A DNA stretch of 23,808 bases from Candidatus Hermodarchaeota archaeon (GTDB lineage Archaea > Asgardarchaeota > Lokiarchaeia > Sigyniarchaeales > SOKP01): assembly GCA_048885925.1 (NCBI GenBank), contig JBHLLG010000040.1:1-23808 (forward strand), given 5' to 3'. A program made the position numbers and the translations under genes. How positions within the stretch are numbered: the first letter of the stretch is position 1; each line of letters begins with the position of its first letter. Positions 1-10,000 of the stretch are shown piece by piece. The notes below the pieces were generated by a model that was given only the letters and a program-made list of their open reading frames with translations, was not told the DNA's origin and did no database searches.

Positions 1-1
1 A

Positions 2-895
2 TTAGGGAAAGAATTTTTTCTAAAAGCACAAAAAATTAAAGATATGTTAAAAACAGTAGGAGCCCCTCCACCTACACCAGCTACTCCTATAAAAACTGAA
101 GAAGATAGATCACAAATCATCGATAAAAAACCAGAAGTATTAAAAGAAGAAACTTCTCCCCCAAAAACAACAATTCCTGAAAAACCACTCCCTCCTAAAC
201 TACCCCCTAAAATAACGCCTTCAATAACTTCTCAAGAATTACCCACTGAAAAGAAAATTATAGAAACTCCTAAATTAGAAAATCCTCTTGAGATGATGCA
301 TAAAAATGCTGAGGAAATTATAAAATCAGGAAAATCTAAACACAAACAAGAGAGTGTCGGTTTAAAGTTAAATCCCGAAGATTTTATGGTAAAAGCCAAA
401 CCAAAATCAGTAGAATTTATGACAAAAGATGCCAAAACTAAATTAACAATATCACCATATAGTCATGTAAAGGATAATGGTGATTTTAAAGCACCAAATT
501 CCATTTCTCCTTTAAATTTAATGGATAAAAAACAAGAGTCAAGTCCTAGTCCTCTTAAAAAACCGATTATCCCTATGAAATCTCCTGAATTCCCAGCGGA
601 GAATATTCGGCAAAAAATTGATGAAATAGAAAAAAATTCTAAAGTGATTGAAATGCAGCAAAAGCCTACAATAAAGGAACCAATGCAGAAAGAAGAATTA
701 AAAAAATCAATTATAGAACTAAAGATTAAAAAAACAGATTTATCAAAGATGTCATTAGATTTTGAAATGAAAGAGCTCAGGGGAGAACTCACCAAGGAAG
801 AATTAGATGAAAAAAAGGTAAAAATTGATGAATATTTAAAAAAGATTGAGCAACAAATTCAAAAATATCAAAAACTTTTAAATGAATTACAGTAA
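2..895 (+). CDS. 5'-truncated protein with a Pro/Lys/Glu-rich low-complexity linker and C-terminal helical/coiled-coil domain
   Basis: The frame is open from position 2 (LGKEFFLKAQKIKD precedes the ATG at 44), so the real start probably lies outside the window. Pro-rich tracts (PPPTPATP, PEKPLPPKLPPK) are followed by a heptad-rich C-terminus (ELRGELTKEELDEKK...). TAA stop. Confidence 0.7.
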   Translation, partial: LGKEFFLKAQKIKDMLKTVGAPPPTPATPIKTEEDRSQIIDKKPEVLKEETSPPKTTIPEKPLPPKLPPKITPSITSQELPTEKKIIETPKLENPLEMMHKNAEEIIKSGKSKHKQESVGLKLNPEDFMVKAKPKSVEFMTKDAKTKLTISPYSHVKDNGDFKAPNSISPLNLMDKKQESSPSPLKKPIIPMKSPEFPAENIRQKIDEIEKNSKVIEMQQKPTIKEPMQKEELKKSIIELKIKKTDLSKMSLDFEMKELRGELTKEELDEKKVKIDEYLKKIEQQIQKYQKLLNELQ

Positions 896-1021
896 TTGGA
901 GAATATAGAAAAAACTTTACTTGTATCTTCTTGTTAGCATTTTCTTGACTTTTTATGATTTTTGTATTATTTCTACATTTTATAGTTTTTTTGATAAATA
1001 GAATTGATTTTAAAAGATAAT

Positions 1022-1894
1022 TTAGATAAAATTTTTTATATAGCTATCAGGAACATTAGCTTCACCTATGATAATTCCTTTTTTCCCTCCATGATAATCA
1101 GAACCACCAGATTTTTTTAAGTTGTATGTCTCAGCAAGTTTTCGGTAATAGTTTGGGAAAAATTCTTGTGCCCATTTCGTTCTTTCTGTATCATAAAAAG
1201 GTCGATTTTTTGCATATGTATATTCAATTTCAAGTCCTTTTATTCCTGCTTTAATAAATTGTTGTAAGAATTTTTCGCGTTTCGCAACTTCATAAATTCC
1301 TGGATGTGCTAAAATAGGAGTTCCTCCTGAAGAATTAATTAAATCTATAGATTCTTCAAGATTAAGCTCTACTTTTCTATCAACAAATGCTGCACCCCCT
1401 ATACTAATCATCTCGAATAACTCTTTTCTAGACTTTCCTTTTACTTTATCTGGATTATTTCTCTCCATAATCTCAACAATGTGAGGTCGACCTACAACTT
1501 GATGTACTGCTATAGCTTTAACATCATCAAATGAGATGTTATAATCAAATTCATCTCTTAATCGTTTACAAATAGCTTTTTTTTGTTCCAGTCTGCCTTT
1601 TATTTGTTCATTTATTCTATTTATAAATATTACAGATGTATGGTCAATATTCAACCCAATGATATGAATATTTATTAATTCTCTTTTTAGTTCATTTCTA
1701 ATTGAAATTTCTATACCGGGAATTGTTATTATGTTTTTTGATTCTCCATATGATAAAAAATCGTCTATACCTTCTATTGTATCATGGTCTGTTATAGCAA
1801 TTGCTTTTAGTTTAAGAAATAATGCTTGATCAATTAATTGTGAAGGAGTAGTTAATCCATCAGAAGCACTAGTATGCAAATGAAAGTCAATCAT
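1022..1894 (-). CDS. PHP-domain metal-dependent phosphoesterase (TrpH/YciV-like)
   Basis: Motifs DFHLHTSASDG, AITDHDT, GIEIS, IHIIG, GRPHI, LAHP and GGSDYHG. ATG at 1894 is preferred over the TTG at 1897. Confidence 0.92.
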   Translation of the reverse strand: MIDFHLHTSASDGLTTPSQLIDQALFLKLKAIAITDHDTIEGIDDFLSYGESKNIITIPGIEISIRNELKRELINIHIIGLNIDHTSVIFINRINEQIKGRLEQKKAICKRLRDEFDYNISFDDVKAIAVHQVVGRPHIVEIMERNNPDKVKGKSRKELFEMISIGGAAFVDRKVELNLEESIDLINSSGGTPILAHPGIYEVAKREKFLQQFIKAGIKGLEIEYTYAKNRPFYDTERTKWAQEFFPNYYRKLAETYNLKKSGGSDYHGGKKGIIIGEANVPDSYIKNFI

Positions 1895-1918
1895 CAAAAT
1901 TATGAATTAATTAGATTA

Positions 1919-1950
1919 TTATACTTTTTTTAAACGAAAAAAAAGTATAA
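1919..1950. promoter_or_regulatory. 13-bp perfect inverted repeat between divergent genes; probable back-to-back BRE/TATA-like promoter elements
   Basis: TTATACTTTTTTT (1919-1931) and AAAAAAAGTATAA (1938-1950) with a 6-nt spacer. The minus-strand copy ends about 25 nt before the PHP ATG. Confidence 0.5.
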
Positions 1951-2038
1951 AATTTAACCAATTATATATAATTATTATTTAACATTTTAAAGTTGTTATA
2001 GTGTAAAAGAAGGTGGCATTAAAATACCGATAGTTATT

Positions 2039-3433
2039 ATGAAATTTGGTGGTTCTTGTCTCAGAGATAAAGAAGCTTTTTATAAAATCCTCAAAATAAC
2101 AAGCATTTATAATAATGTAAAGAAAGTGTATGTAGCATCAGCTTTTAATGGTATAACAGATTTACTTCTAAAAACAGCAAATACCTTAGAAGATGATAAA
2201 GAAACAGACAAGTATATGGCATTAATCGAAAAAAGGCATATAGATGTAATTGAACAAATATTTACTGAGGATTCTGAATATTATTTGAAAGCAAAAGATT
2301 GGATTGATGAAAAATTAAGTGAGTTAGAGGATAGATTTGCTGATATTAAAGAATTTGGATTAGAACCATATTATAAAGATTACATATTAAGTTTTGGAGA
2401 AATTTTATCAACATACATATTAAACTGTTTCCTTTTAAGCAATGGATTAGATTCAGAATTTATCGCAACGAATAAATTAATTATTACGAATGACGATTTT
2501 AATAATGCTTACCCATTATATAATTTGACAAACTCTCGAATTGAGCGATTGTTAATCCCACTTATAGAGAATCCTAAAAAAGACACAATCATTTGTTTAA
2601 CAGGATTTATTGGTAGGAATAAATTAGGTGTTACAACAACCCTTGGGAGAGGAGGATCTGATTATACAGCAACTATTCTAGCACGAGGGTTATATGAAGT
2701 AGGAAATGATAAAAATATTAGAGTAATTCTATGGAAAGACGTTGATGGATTATTAGCAATCGATCCAAAATTTATTTCAAATCCCTCTCTCATTAAAAAC
2801 TTGGATTACGCTGAAGCAAAACATATTGCTAATTTCGGAGCAAAAATTCTTCATCCTAAATGCTTAGAAGCTATCGAAAATTATAAAATACCCTTAGAAA
2901 TACGAAATTTTGATAAACCATTAGAAACTAACTTTACAGAGATTTCTGAGAGAACTGATAGGGATCTTATTAAAGGGATTTCTGCTGTTGAATTTGCTAC
3001 AATTATAACAGTTATTTCCGGAAGTATGGTTGACGTTCCTGGTATTTTAGCTCAAATATTTAAAGTTATGAGTAAAAATAAAATTAGTGTTTCTTTAGTA
3101 GCTCAAAGTTCCTCTGAAGTAAGTACTTCTTTTATTATAAAAGAAGAGGAATCTGAGAAAGCTATTAATGCTTTAAAAAGTGCAGATTTTGTTTCAGAGT
3201 TTTTTAAAATAAAATGGGAAAAAGTTGCTGTGATTAATATAACAGGGCTTAAAATTCTTGAAACTAAAACAAAAGCAGAAATTTTTAATGCTCTTGGAAA
3301 GAAAAAAATTAGAGTAAGAGCAATTTCACAAAGTTATGATGAGTTAAATCTGTCTATCGTTATTGAAAGGGCCAAATTAAGTGAGGCTATAAATATAATT
3401 CATAATGATCTCTACGACATTTTAGATATTTAA
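2039..3433 (+). CDS. lysC: Aspartate kinase with C-terminal ACT domains
   Basis: KFGGS, VASAFNGITDLL, SFGEILS, TTLGRGGSDYTA, WKDVDGL..DP, FGAKILHP, and ACT repeats (PGILAQIFKVMSKNKISV). The true start may be a few codons upstream (see findings). Confidence 0.92.
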   Translation: MKFGGSCLRDKEAFYKILKITSIYNNVKKVYVASAFNGITDLLLKTANTLEDDKETDKYMALIEKRHIDVIEQIFTEDSEYYLKAKDWIDEKLSELEDRFADIKEFGLEPYYKDYILSFGEILSTYILNCFLLSNGLDSEFIATNKLIITNDDFNNAYPLYNLTNSRIERLLIPLIENPKKDTIICLTGFIGRNKLGVTTTLGRGGSDYTATILARGLYEVGNDKNIRVILWKDVDGLLAIDPKFISNPSLIKNLDYAEAKHIANFGAKILHPKCLEAIENYKIPLEIRNFDKPLETNFTEISERTDRDLIKGISAVEFATIITVISGSMVDVPGILAQIFKVMSKNKISVSLVAQSSSEVSTSFIIKEEESEKAINALKSADFVSEFFKIKWEKVAVINITGLKILETKTKAEIFNALGKKKIRVRAISQSYDELNLSIVIERAKLSEAINIIHNDLYDILDI

Positions 3434-3531
3434 TTTTAGTAAAAAACTACTATTTGTTAAGAAAGTTAAAGGAATTGAAAATAAAGAGTTAATTATTCAA
3501 GAAAAAGTTAGATAGAATTTTTCAGTAAACC

Positions 3532-4056
3532 TTAAGTTCTAGAATCAATAATTCGACGAGTTAATTCAGTAAAAGCCTCATCAACATTAACACCTGTTTT
3601 AGCAGAAGTTTCAATATAAATACTTCCCTCGTTTTCTGCAAAAGAACGTGCTTCGTCCCTATCAATTACCATTCCAACATCTTCAATTAAATCAGCTTTA
3701 TTCCCAATAAATACAAAAGGAATATTCTCACCAGCGAATTGCCTTATTTCAGTAAGCCATTTCCTTGTTTCTGCATAAGTTTGTTCTCGAGTTAAGTCAA
3801 AAACCAACAATGCTCCAGCTGCACCTTTATAAAAAGTACTACGTATGAATTCAAATCGTTGTTGACCTCCTATGTCCCAAATACTTAGTGTAGCAATTTC
3901 TCCCTGTCGAAATTCAACGTCTTTAGTTAAAATATCTACTCCAACAGTTAATTTATAGTTAGCTTGGAATCTATTCTTTATAAAACGTTGGACAAGGCTA
4001 GTTTTACCTACAGCTGCCGCCCCTGTTAATAATACTTTTAATTTAAAACTTGACAT
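3532..4056 (-). CDS. Rab-like Ras-superfamily small GTPase (Asgard eukaryotic signature protein)
   Basis: G1 GAAAVGKTS, G2 YKLTVGVD, G3 WDIGGQ, Rab-like FYKGA and LVFDLT, G4 NKAD, G5 ETSAK. No C-terminal prenylation Cys. SD-like GAGTGA 6 nt upstream of the ATG. Confidence 0.93.
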   Translation of the reverse strand: MSSFKLKVLLTGAAAVGKTSLVQRFIKNRFQANYKLTVGVDILTKDVEFRQGEIATLSIWDIGGQQRFEFIRSTFYKGAAGALLVFDLTREQTYAETRKWLTEIRQFAGENIPFVFIGNKADLIEDVGMVIDRDEARSFAENEGSIYIETSAKTGVNVDEAFTELTRRIIDSRT

Positions 4057-4186
4057 TAAGGTTCACTCAAGTTGTTTTTTTAATCTCGTTTTAAAATTTT
4101 TAATTGTGTATATAAATAAATTTAAAGTTTTAATAAATTAAAAGTTTAAATATTTTTCTTTTAAATATTACCATTTTAAATACAAA

Positions 4187-4732
4187 TTATAAAAAATACA
4201 TATCATCAATAACTTTAAAAATTATCCGTAAAAAAAAATCTAGACTATTTTCTTTCCCTCCTATTTGATCAGAAAACCATTTTTCAAAAGCTTCTTCCCT
4301 TTCTTCCTTCATATTCAGAATATGTTCCAATTTTAATTTCTGATCTTCCGTTTTATAATAATAATTATAACATTTTATGCAATTCCATCCTTTCAAAAGA
4401 GGATTCCAGGCCATATCTTCGCCAAGAGTAGCAACATTCGGAGATAATTTGTTTTCTTTAATAGATAAACATGTAGCTCCATTAACACAACTTAAAATTG
4501 AACTTTCCTAAAAATGAAGCAGGTTATTACTTATTTTTATCAGCATACTCTCTCTCTTTTCTTGGGAGGATGTAAGCACCTTTTTTCTACTATATAGGTC
4601 CATCAAATATCCTAATCGTCTTAACTCAGACTGTATTGCCTCCTTTAGAATTACACGTAAATTTGTCCTTACTCTACGTAATTGAGGATCCTTAATAACA
4701 ATAATTTTCCATTTTTGGGATTTCATTATCAT
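4187..4732 (-). pseudogene. Single ~181-codon Cys4 (putative Zn-binding) protein gene interrupted by one in-frame TAG at 4508-4510 (nonsense allele, sequencing error or read-through)
   Basis: ORFs 4508-4732 and 4187-4414 are in the same frame. The 31 codons between them are open (ESSILSCVNGATCLSIKENKLSPNVATLGED) and supply a Cys pair matching the downstream WNCIKC. Confidence 0.7.
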
Positions 4733-4893
4733 TAAATAAAAAATTTAGAATAAACTCCGTTATTCCATGAACTATAGAAATTTTAAATTTAAATATTTTT
4801 ACATAAAATTAAATTAATTTTTAAGCAGTTCTATCGATTTTTAATTGAAAGAAATTAAGAAGGGTGAAGAAATACAATTTTTATACCTAAATC

Positions 4894-6849
4894 TTACCTT
4901 TTAGGTATATCTTTAAATTCTACCAAACTTGGGAATAAACCGAGATTTAAATGAGGAAAATACATTGCTTCTGCATATTCGTTTTGAAATGTTTTATTTA
5001 TAGCAATTTCTATATATTTGATTTTTTTTAATAACTGTTGAGCCTTATCCCTTATATTTCTATTCAATAAACAGTACTGTGCTCCAATTCCCGCAGCGTT
5101 TCCTATCTGAAAAATCTTATGATTTTCAATATCAGGAATCATTCCTATAAATTTAGCATTTTGAGCATTAATATAGTTACCGAAAGCTCCCGCTAAAAAG
5201 ATTTGTTCAATCTTAAGATTCCTCTTTAAATTAAGCATTATTATTCTTAATCCAGAATAAAAAGCAGCTTTTGCCATTTGGATTTGTCTAATATCACTTT
5301 GACTAATAGTTATTTCCCTTTCTAGAGAAGTTTCTTCCTTATTAGCAATAATAAATTCGAATTTTTTATCAGTTTTTATAAATCTTTCATGAGAAAGAAA
5401 TTCTCTATTAAAATTTCCACTTCTAGTTAAAATTTTGGTTCTTAACATCTCGGCTATTATATCAACCAAACCAGAGCCACATATACCTATTGGTTTCCTG
5501 TTTTTAATGGTAGTATAAGTTATATTAAAAGTCTTAGGATTAATTTCAACAGAATCAATAGCACCTGCAGCGGCTCTCATTCCATCTCTAATGTGAGCAC
5601 CTTCTAGAGCAGAACCTGCTGCGCATGATCCTACAGCTAGGATTTTATTATTTCCAACTATTAATTCTCCATTTGTACCAATATCAATTGCTAATGTAAG
5701 CTTTTTTTCATTATATATTTCTGAAGCGAGTATTACTCCTATAGTATCAGCACCAACATAACCAGCTATAATCGGTGCTGTATAAACGTTACCATTTTGA
5801 GAAATATTAAGATTTAACTCTTTAGCTTTAATATTTAGATTTTTTTGAATCACGGGTACAAATGGACTTAAGCCTATATTAACGGGATCTAATTTGAGAA
5901 ATATATGATGCATTACTGAATTTCCAACAACAGTGGCTTCATAGATTTGAGAAGGCTTAATATTTGCTTTTTCACACGTAATCTTTATGATATCATTTAA
6001 ATCATTAATTATTAAAGAATTTAATTTATGAAGATTTTCATTGCTTTCTTTTATATAAGTCAAGCGGGTTATTAGATCTTCTCCATAAGCAGTTTGACTA
6101 TTTAATTTCGAATCTACTGAATAAACCTTACCATTATTTAAATTTATAAGATACCCTACAATTGTAGTTGTTCCAATATCAAAAGCAATTCCAAAATTTT
6201 CTTCAATTGTATTATTCGGCTCACAGGCAATAATTTTAGAACAATCCCATATAACCAACGTAATTTTATGTTCATTTTGTCTTAATAAAAGGGGAATATC
6301 ATTCAAAAGATCAAAATCAATGTCAATTTTATTTTTTTTATTTAAATTTGGATATTTAGAATAAAGTGCTATTTGGATTCTTTCAAAATCAGAATAGGGT
6401 TCATCTAAAGAAGGTTTTTTAACTTCAATATAAACCTTTTTAATTGCTGGTTGAGTTCTTATCCCTTTACTTATCCCTGAAGTTAATATATTAAATTCTC
6501 TAAGTAAAAATTCACTTGGGATAAAAATTCTAAACTGAGGAGGATTAATTTCTTCTAAAATTTGTACTTTATTCATATCTAATTTTATTTCGCATGCTAA
6601 TCGCCAATCATTTTCAATTTCATCCTTATCCAATAATTTCTTTTCGGCATTAGTCAAAGGAGATAAATATTCACTTCCATTTTGAACTAATATTTTACAT
6701 TTCCCGCAGGTTCCTAATCCTCCACATAAAGATCTAATTGGGATTTTTAAATCAGCTAGAATTTCATATAAAGAATTGCTTCTTGAAAAATGTATCCTCC
6801 TAGAAATAGGTTCAAGATCTATGATAATATTTCTATTTTTTATTTGCAT
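4894..6849 (-). CDS. ASKHA-type ATP-dependent reductive activator of corrinoid proteins (RACo/DUF4445 family) with N-terminal 2Fe-2S ferredoxin domain
   Basis: CGGLGTCGKC...RLAC 2Fe-2S motif; FDIGTTT, YGEDLITR, GYVGAD, IDIGTNGE, GICGSG, LAGAFG, GNAA. Confidence 0.9.
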   Translation of the reverse strand: MQIKNRNIIIDLEPISRRIHFSRSNSLYEILADLKIPIRSLCGGLGTCGKCKILVQNGSEYLSPLTNAEKKLLDKDEIENDWRLACEIKLDMNKVQILEEINPPQFRIFIPSEFLLREFNILTSGISKGIRTQPAIKKVYIEVKKPSLDEPYSDFERIQIALYSKYPNLNKKNKIDIDFDLLNDIPLLLRQNEHKITLVIWDCSKIIACEPNNTIEENFGIAFDIGTTTIVGYLINLNNGKVYSVDSKLNSQTAYGEDLITRLTYIKESNENLHKLNSLIINDLNDIIKITCEKANIKPSQIYEATVVGNSVMHHIFLKLDPVNIGLSPFVPVIQKNLNIKAKELNLNISQNGNVYTAPIIAGYVGADTIGVILASEIYNEKKLTLAIDIGTNGELIVGNNKILAVGSCAAGSALEGAHIRDGMRAAAGAIDSVEINPKTFNITYTTIKNRKPIGICGSGLVDIIAEMLRTKILTRSGNFNREFLSHERFIKTDKKFEFIIANKEETSLEREITISQSDIRQIQMAKAAFYSGLRIIMLNLKRNLKIEQIFLAGAFGNYINAQNAKFIGMIPDIENHKIFQIGNAAGIGAQYCLLNRNIRDKAQQLLKKIKYIEIAINKTFQNEYAEAMYFPHLNLGLFPSLVEFKDIPKR

Positions 6850-7048
6850 AACTTAGTCTTAATAGTGCTTATTAATTTTTTTTTTAAAATTTAAGTTCAA
6901 TATTCCTATGAATCCAAATCAATTTATCGTTTTCAATGATTTAGTTTAAATAATTATCACAATATAAAAAGTTTAATTACTTAGTATTGGTTAAATTAAA
7001 GTAAGAATAATGTTTGTATTTTATATTTTTAATTACTTTTAAGCGGAT

Positions 7049-10000
7049 TTGATAAAATTGCAGAATCCAGAAGAATTAGCACAAGAAGCATTAAAATTTT
7101 TAGATATTGCCCAAAAATTTGAAGAAGATAATAATATTGAGCAAGCTATTTCAACCTATCAAAAAGCTGCTGATTTTTTAAAGAAAAGTGGGTTTTTGAT
7201 GCATAGAATCGAGGAAATATATGATAGAATTAGTGAGTTGAAGGATTTTTTGCAGAAAGAAACTTTTTATCAACGAGCTCAAACAAAGGCTCAAGTTGAA
7301 CATCTTCAAGACCAAGCTTTTAATCTATTAGAAGGCGCGAAGAAGTTAGAATTTGAGGGATTTGTTGAAGATTCTATTCAACAATATATGTCTGCTATTA
7401 AATTATTAGATCAAACAGGTTGGTCTGAAACTCAGTTAGAAAACATTAAATCAAAAATTAATGAACTTGTAAGAAATTTAGAACAAAAAAAACTTTTAAA
7501 AAAAACTCATCAACAAGAATTAGAAGTGCAACAACCCATTACTCAAATACAACCAGATGAGAACCTTCAAGTCGTTGGAATTTTTGGGCAAAAAAGTGAT
7601 GCAGAAAAACTAAAAGTTATTGAAACATTTCGAAAAAAGAAAAAACATGAAGAAGATATACAAAATCAAGCATTTGCTCATATTGATGCAGCTAAAATAT
7701 TTGAAAAAGATAAAAAATTTGATAATGCAATAATGAATTATGAGAGAGCTATAGAATTATTAAAATCTATAGGGTGGAGTGCTCAGATCCGAAATATTCA
7801 AGTCATAATTGGAAAACTTCAAAGAGATAAAGCACAATTCGAAGCTTTGGAGGCTCGACAACAAGAATTAACAGTTCCATTAACCGGTGATATTGAAAAG
7901 CAGAAGATTATTCTTGAAAAAGAAGCAAAACAGAAAAAGGAAAAATTAACTGAATTTGAAGCAAAGAAAAAAATTGAAGAGGAGGTTCAATACAAAGCTT
8001 TTCAATTGTTAGATATTGGAAATAGACTTGAAAGAGAAAAAAAATATGATGAGGCAATTGAAAAACTTGAGCAAGCAGTTCAACATCTCAGGTCAATAGA
8101 TTGGGACACTTATATTCAACCGATTACAAAATTAATTAACAATGTAAAAGAGAAACAAAAGAGTGAACTAAAGTTAGAAGAAGAAAAAGAAAAAAGAGAA
8201 AGATCTCTTGTAGAATTAAAAGATTCCATATTTAAAAAGCAGAGGGAAGAGATAGTTCAATCAGCAAGTGAATTAGATACAAAAAGAAAAGCATATTTAG
8301 AAAGAAGAAAGCTTGAGAAGAAGAAAGAAGAAGATCTCTTTATAACCTTAGAAAAGGCAGATGAAATTTTAAAAGATAAAAATTTTGATGATGCAATAAA
8401 TGAATATAAAAAAGCATTAATTATTCTCAAAAGTTTGGGCTCAGTTTGGGAAGTTTATACTTCTATGATTAAAAACACAATCTCTAATATTGAAAAGTTA
8501 AAACACTCACAATTAGAAAAAAAATATGAGGAACAAAAGAAGTTGGAAGCAAGAGAATACGAAGAATTAGACTTCCAGAAACAAATAATTAATCTTTTAA
8601 AAAAAGAGCAGGAAAAACTAAAAGAAAAAGAGATTGTTATAAAAGACCGTGAGGAAGAGATCATACTTTTTGAGAATCGTAAAAAAACCGCTTTTGAGTT
8701 TTTGGATTCAGCTATAGATCATTTAAAGAATGGAAATTATGAAGAATCTATTAGAGCTTACCAGAATGCAGGTTCAATTTTTGCTGAAATTCGATGGACT
8801 GATGAGATCTCATTAATTGAGAATTCAATACAAGAGGTAGAGGATTTAATAAGAATACAAAAAATCCAAAAACAAAAGGCATTTCAAGATATAATAGAGA
8901 GACAAAAGGAAGAGGAAGAGTTCCAAAAGCAGATTTCAAATTATTTACAAGAAGAACGCGAAAAATTGAAAAAAAAAGAAGTTGAAATAATGGAACGTGA
9001 AAAAGAATCTAAATATCGGGAGAAAAAAAGAGAAGCAGGTTTTAAATTATTAGAAGAAGCACAGGTCAATGTAAAACAAGGAAATTTTGATAATGCTATT
9101 GAAATACTTCAGTATGCTATTTCTTTTTTTACTGATGCTCAATGGCAAAATGAGATTACTTTCATTCAAAATTCTATAGTAGAAATTGAAAATAAAAAAA
9201 GAGAAGCAGAAATACAAAAGCAAATCAAATTTCAAGCAGAATTAGAGCGTGAAAAACGTGAAAGGGTGTTTCAAGAAGCTATTACAAGGGAGATGAAAGC
9301 TCAACAAGCGGAATTTAAAAAAAGAGAAATAATATTAAGAGAAAGAGAAAAAGAAACTGCCTATCGAGAGAAAAAGAAAGAAGAGGCGTTTGATTTGCTT
9401 GACAAGGCTCAAGATTTTCTTTCTCATAATAAATTTGACGAGACGCTTGAACTTTATTACAATATAGCGAATATTTTTGCTCAAATTCAGTGGATAGAAG
9501 AAATTCCAATAATTCAAGAGGCAATTCAGAATATCGAAAATAAAAGAAGAGAGAATCAATTGTATAAACAAAAACTTTTACAAAAAGCTATCAAAAAAGA
9601 AGCTTCTAATAAAGCCTTTATCGAAAAAATTAAATATCAACGCGAAAGAAAAAAAATTGAAGCCATACAAGAGAAAGAAATGTTAGAAAAGCAGAAAAAG
9701 CTTTCAGCCCAGAATTTAAATAAACAACAAAAGGCATTTAAGTTGATTGAGGATGGAGATATCCTTATTACAAAAGAAGATTTTGATGGGGCAATAAGTA
9801 GTTATAATAATGCTGCAGAAATTCTAAAAGATATTGGTTGGGGAGAAGAATATTTAAAGTCATTAAAGGAAACTATTGATATGATAGAGTTACGTAAAAA
9901 AGAAAAAGAAAAAGAAAAACAAAAGCAATTTGAGATCTCATTAAAGCAACAAAAAGAAGACGAGTTATTTCAAAAAACAATTAAAGAATATATGCAAAAA

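Noticed and set aside
232-795. Antisense ORFs 232-435 and 463-795
   Set aside because: Shadows of the Lys/Glu-rich sense ORF, with the Phe/Ser/Ile-rich composition expected from reverse-complemented AAA/GAA codons.
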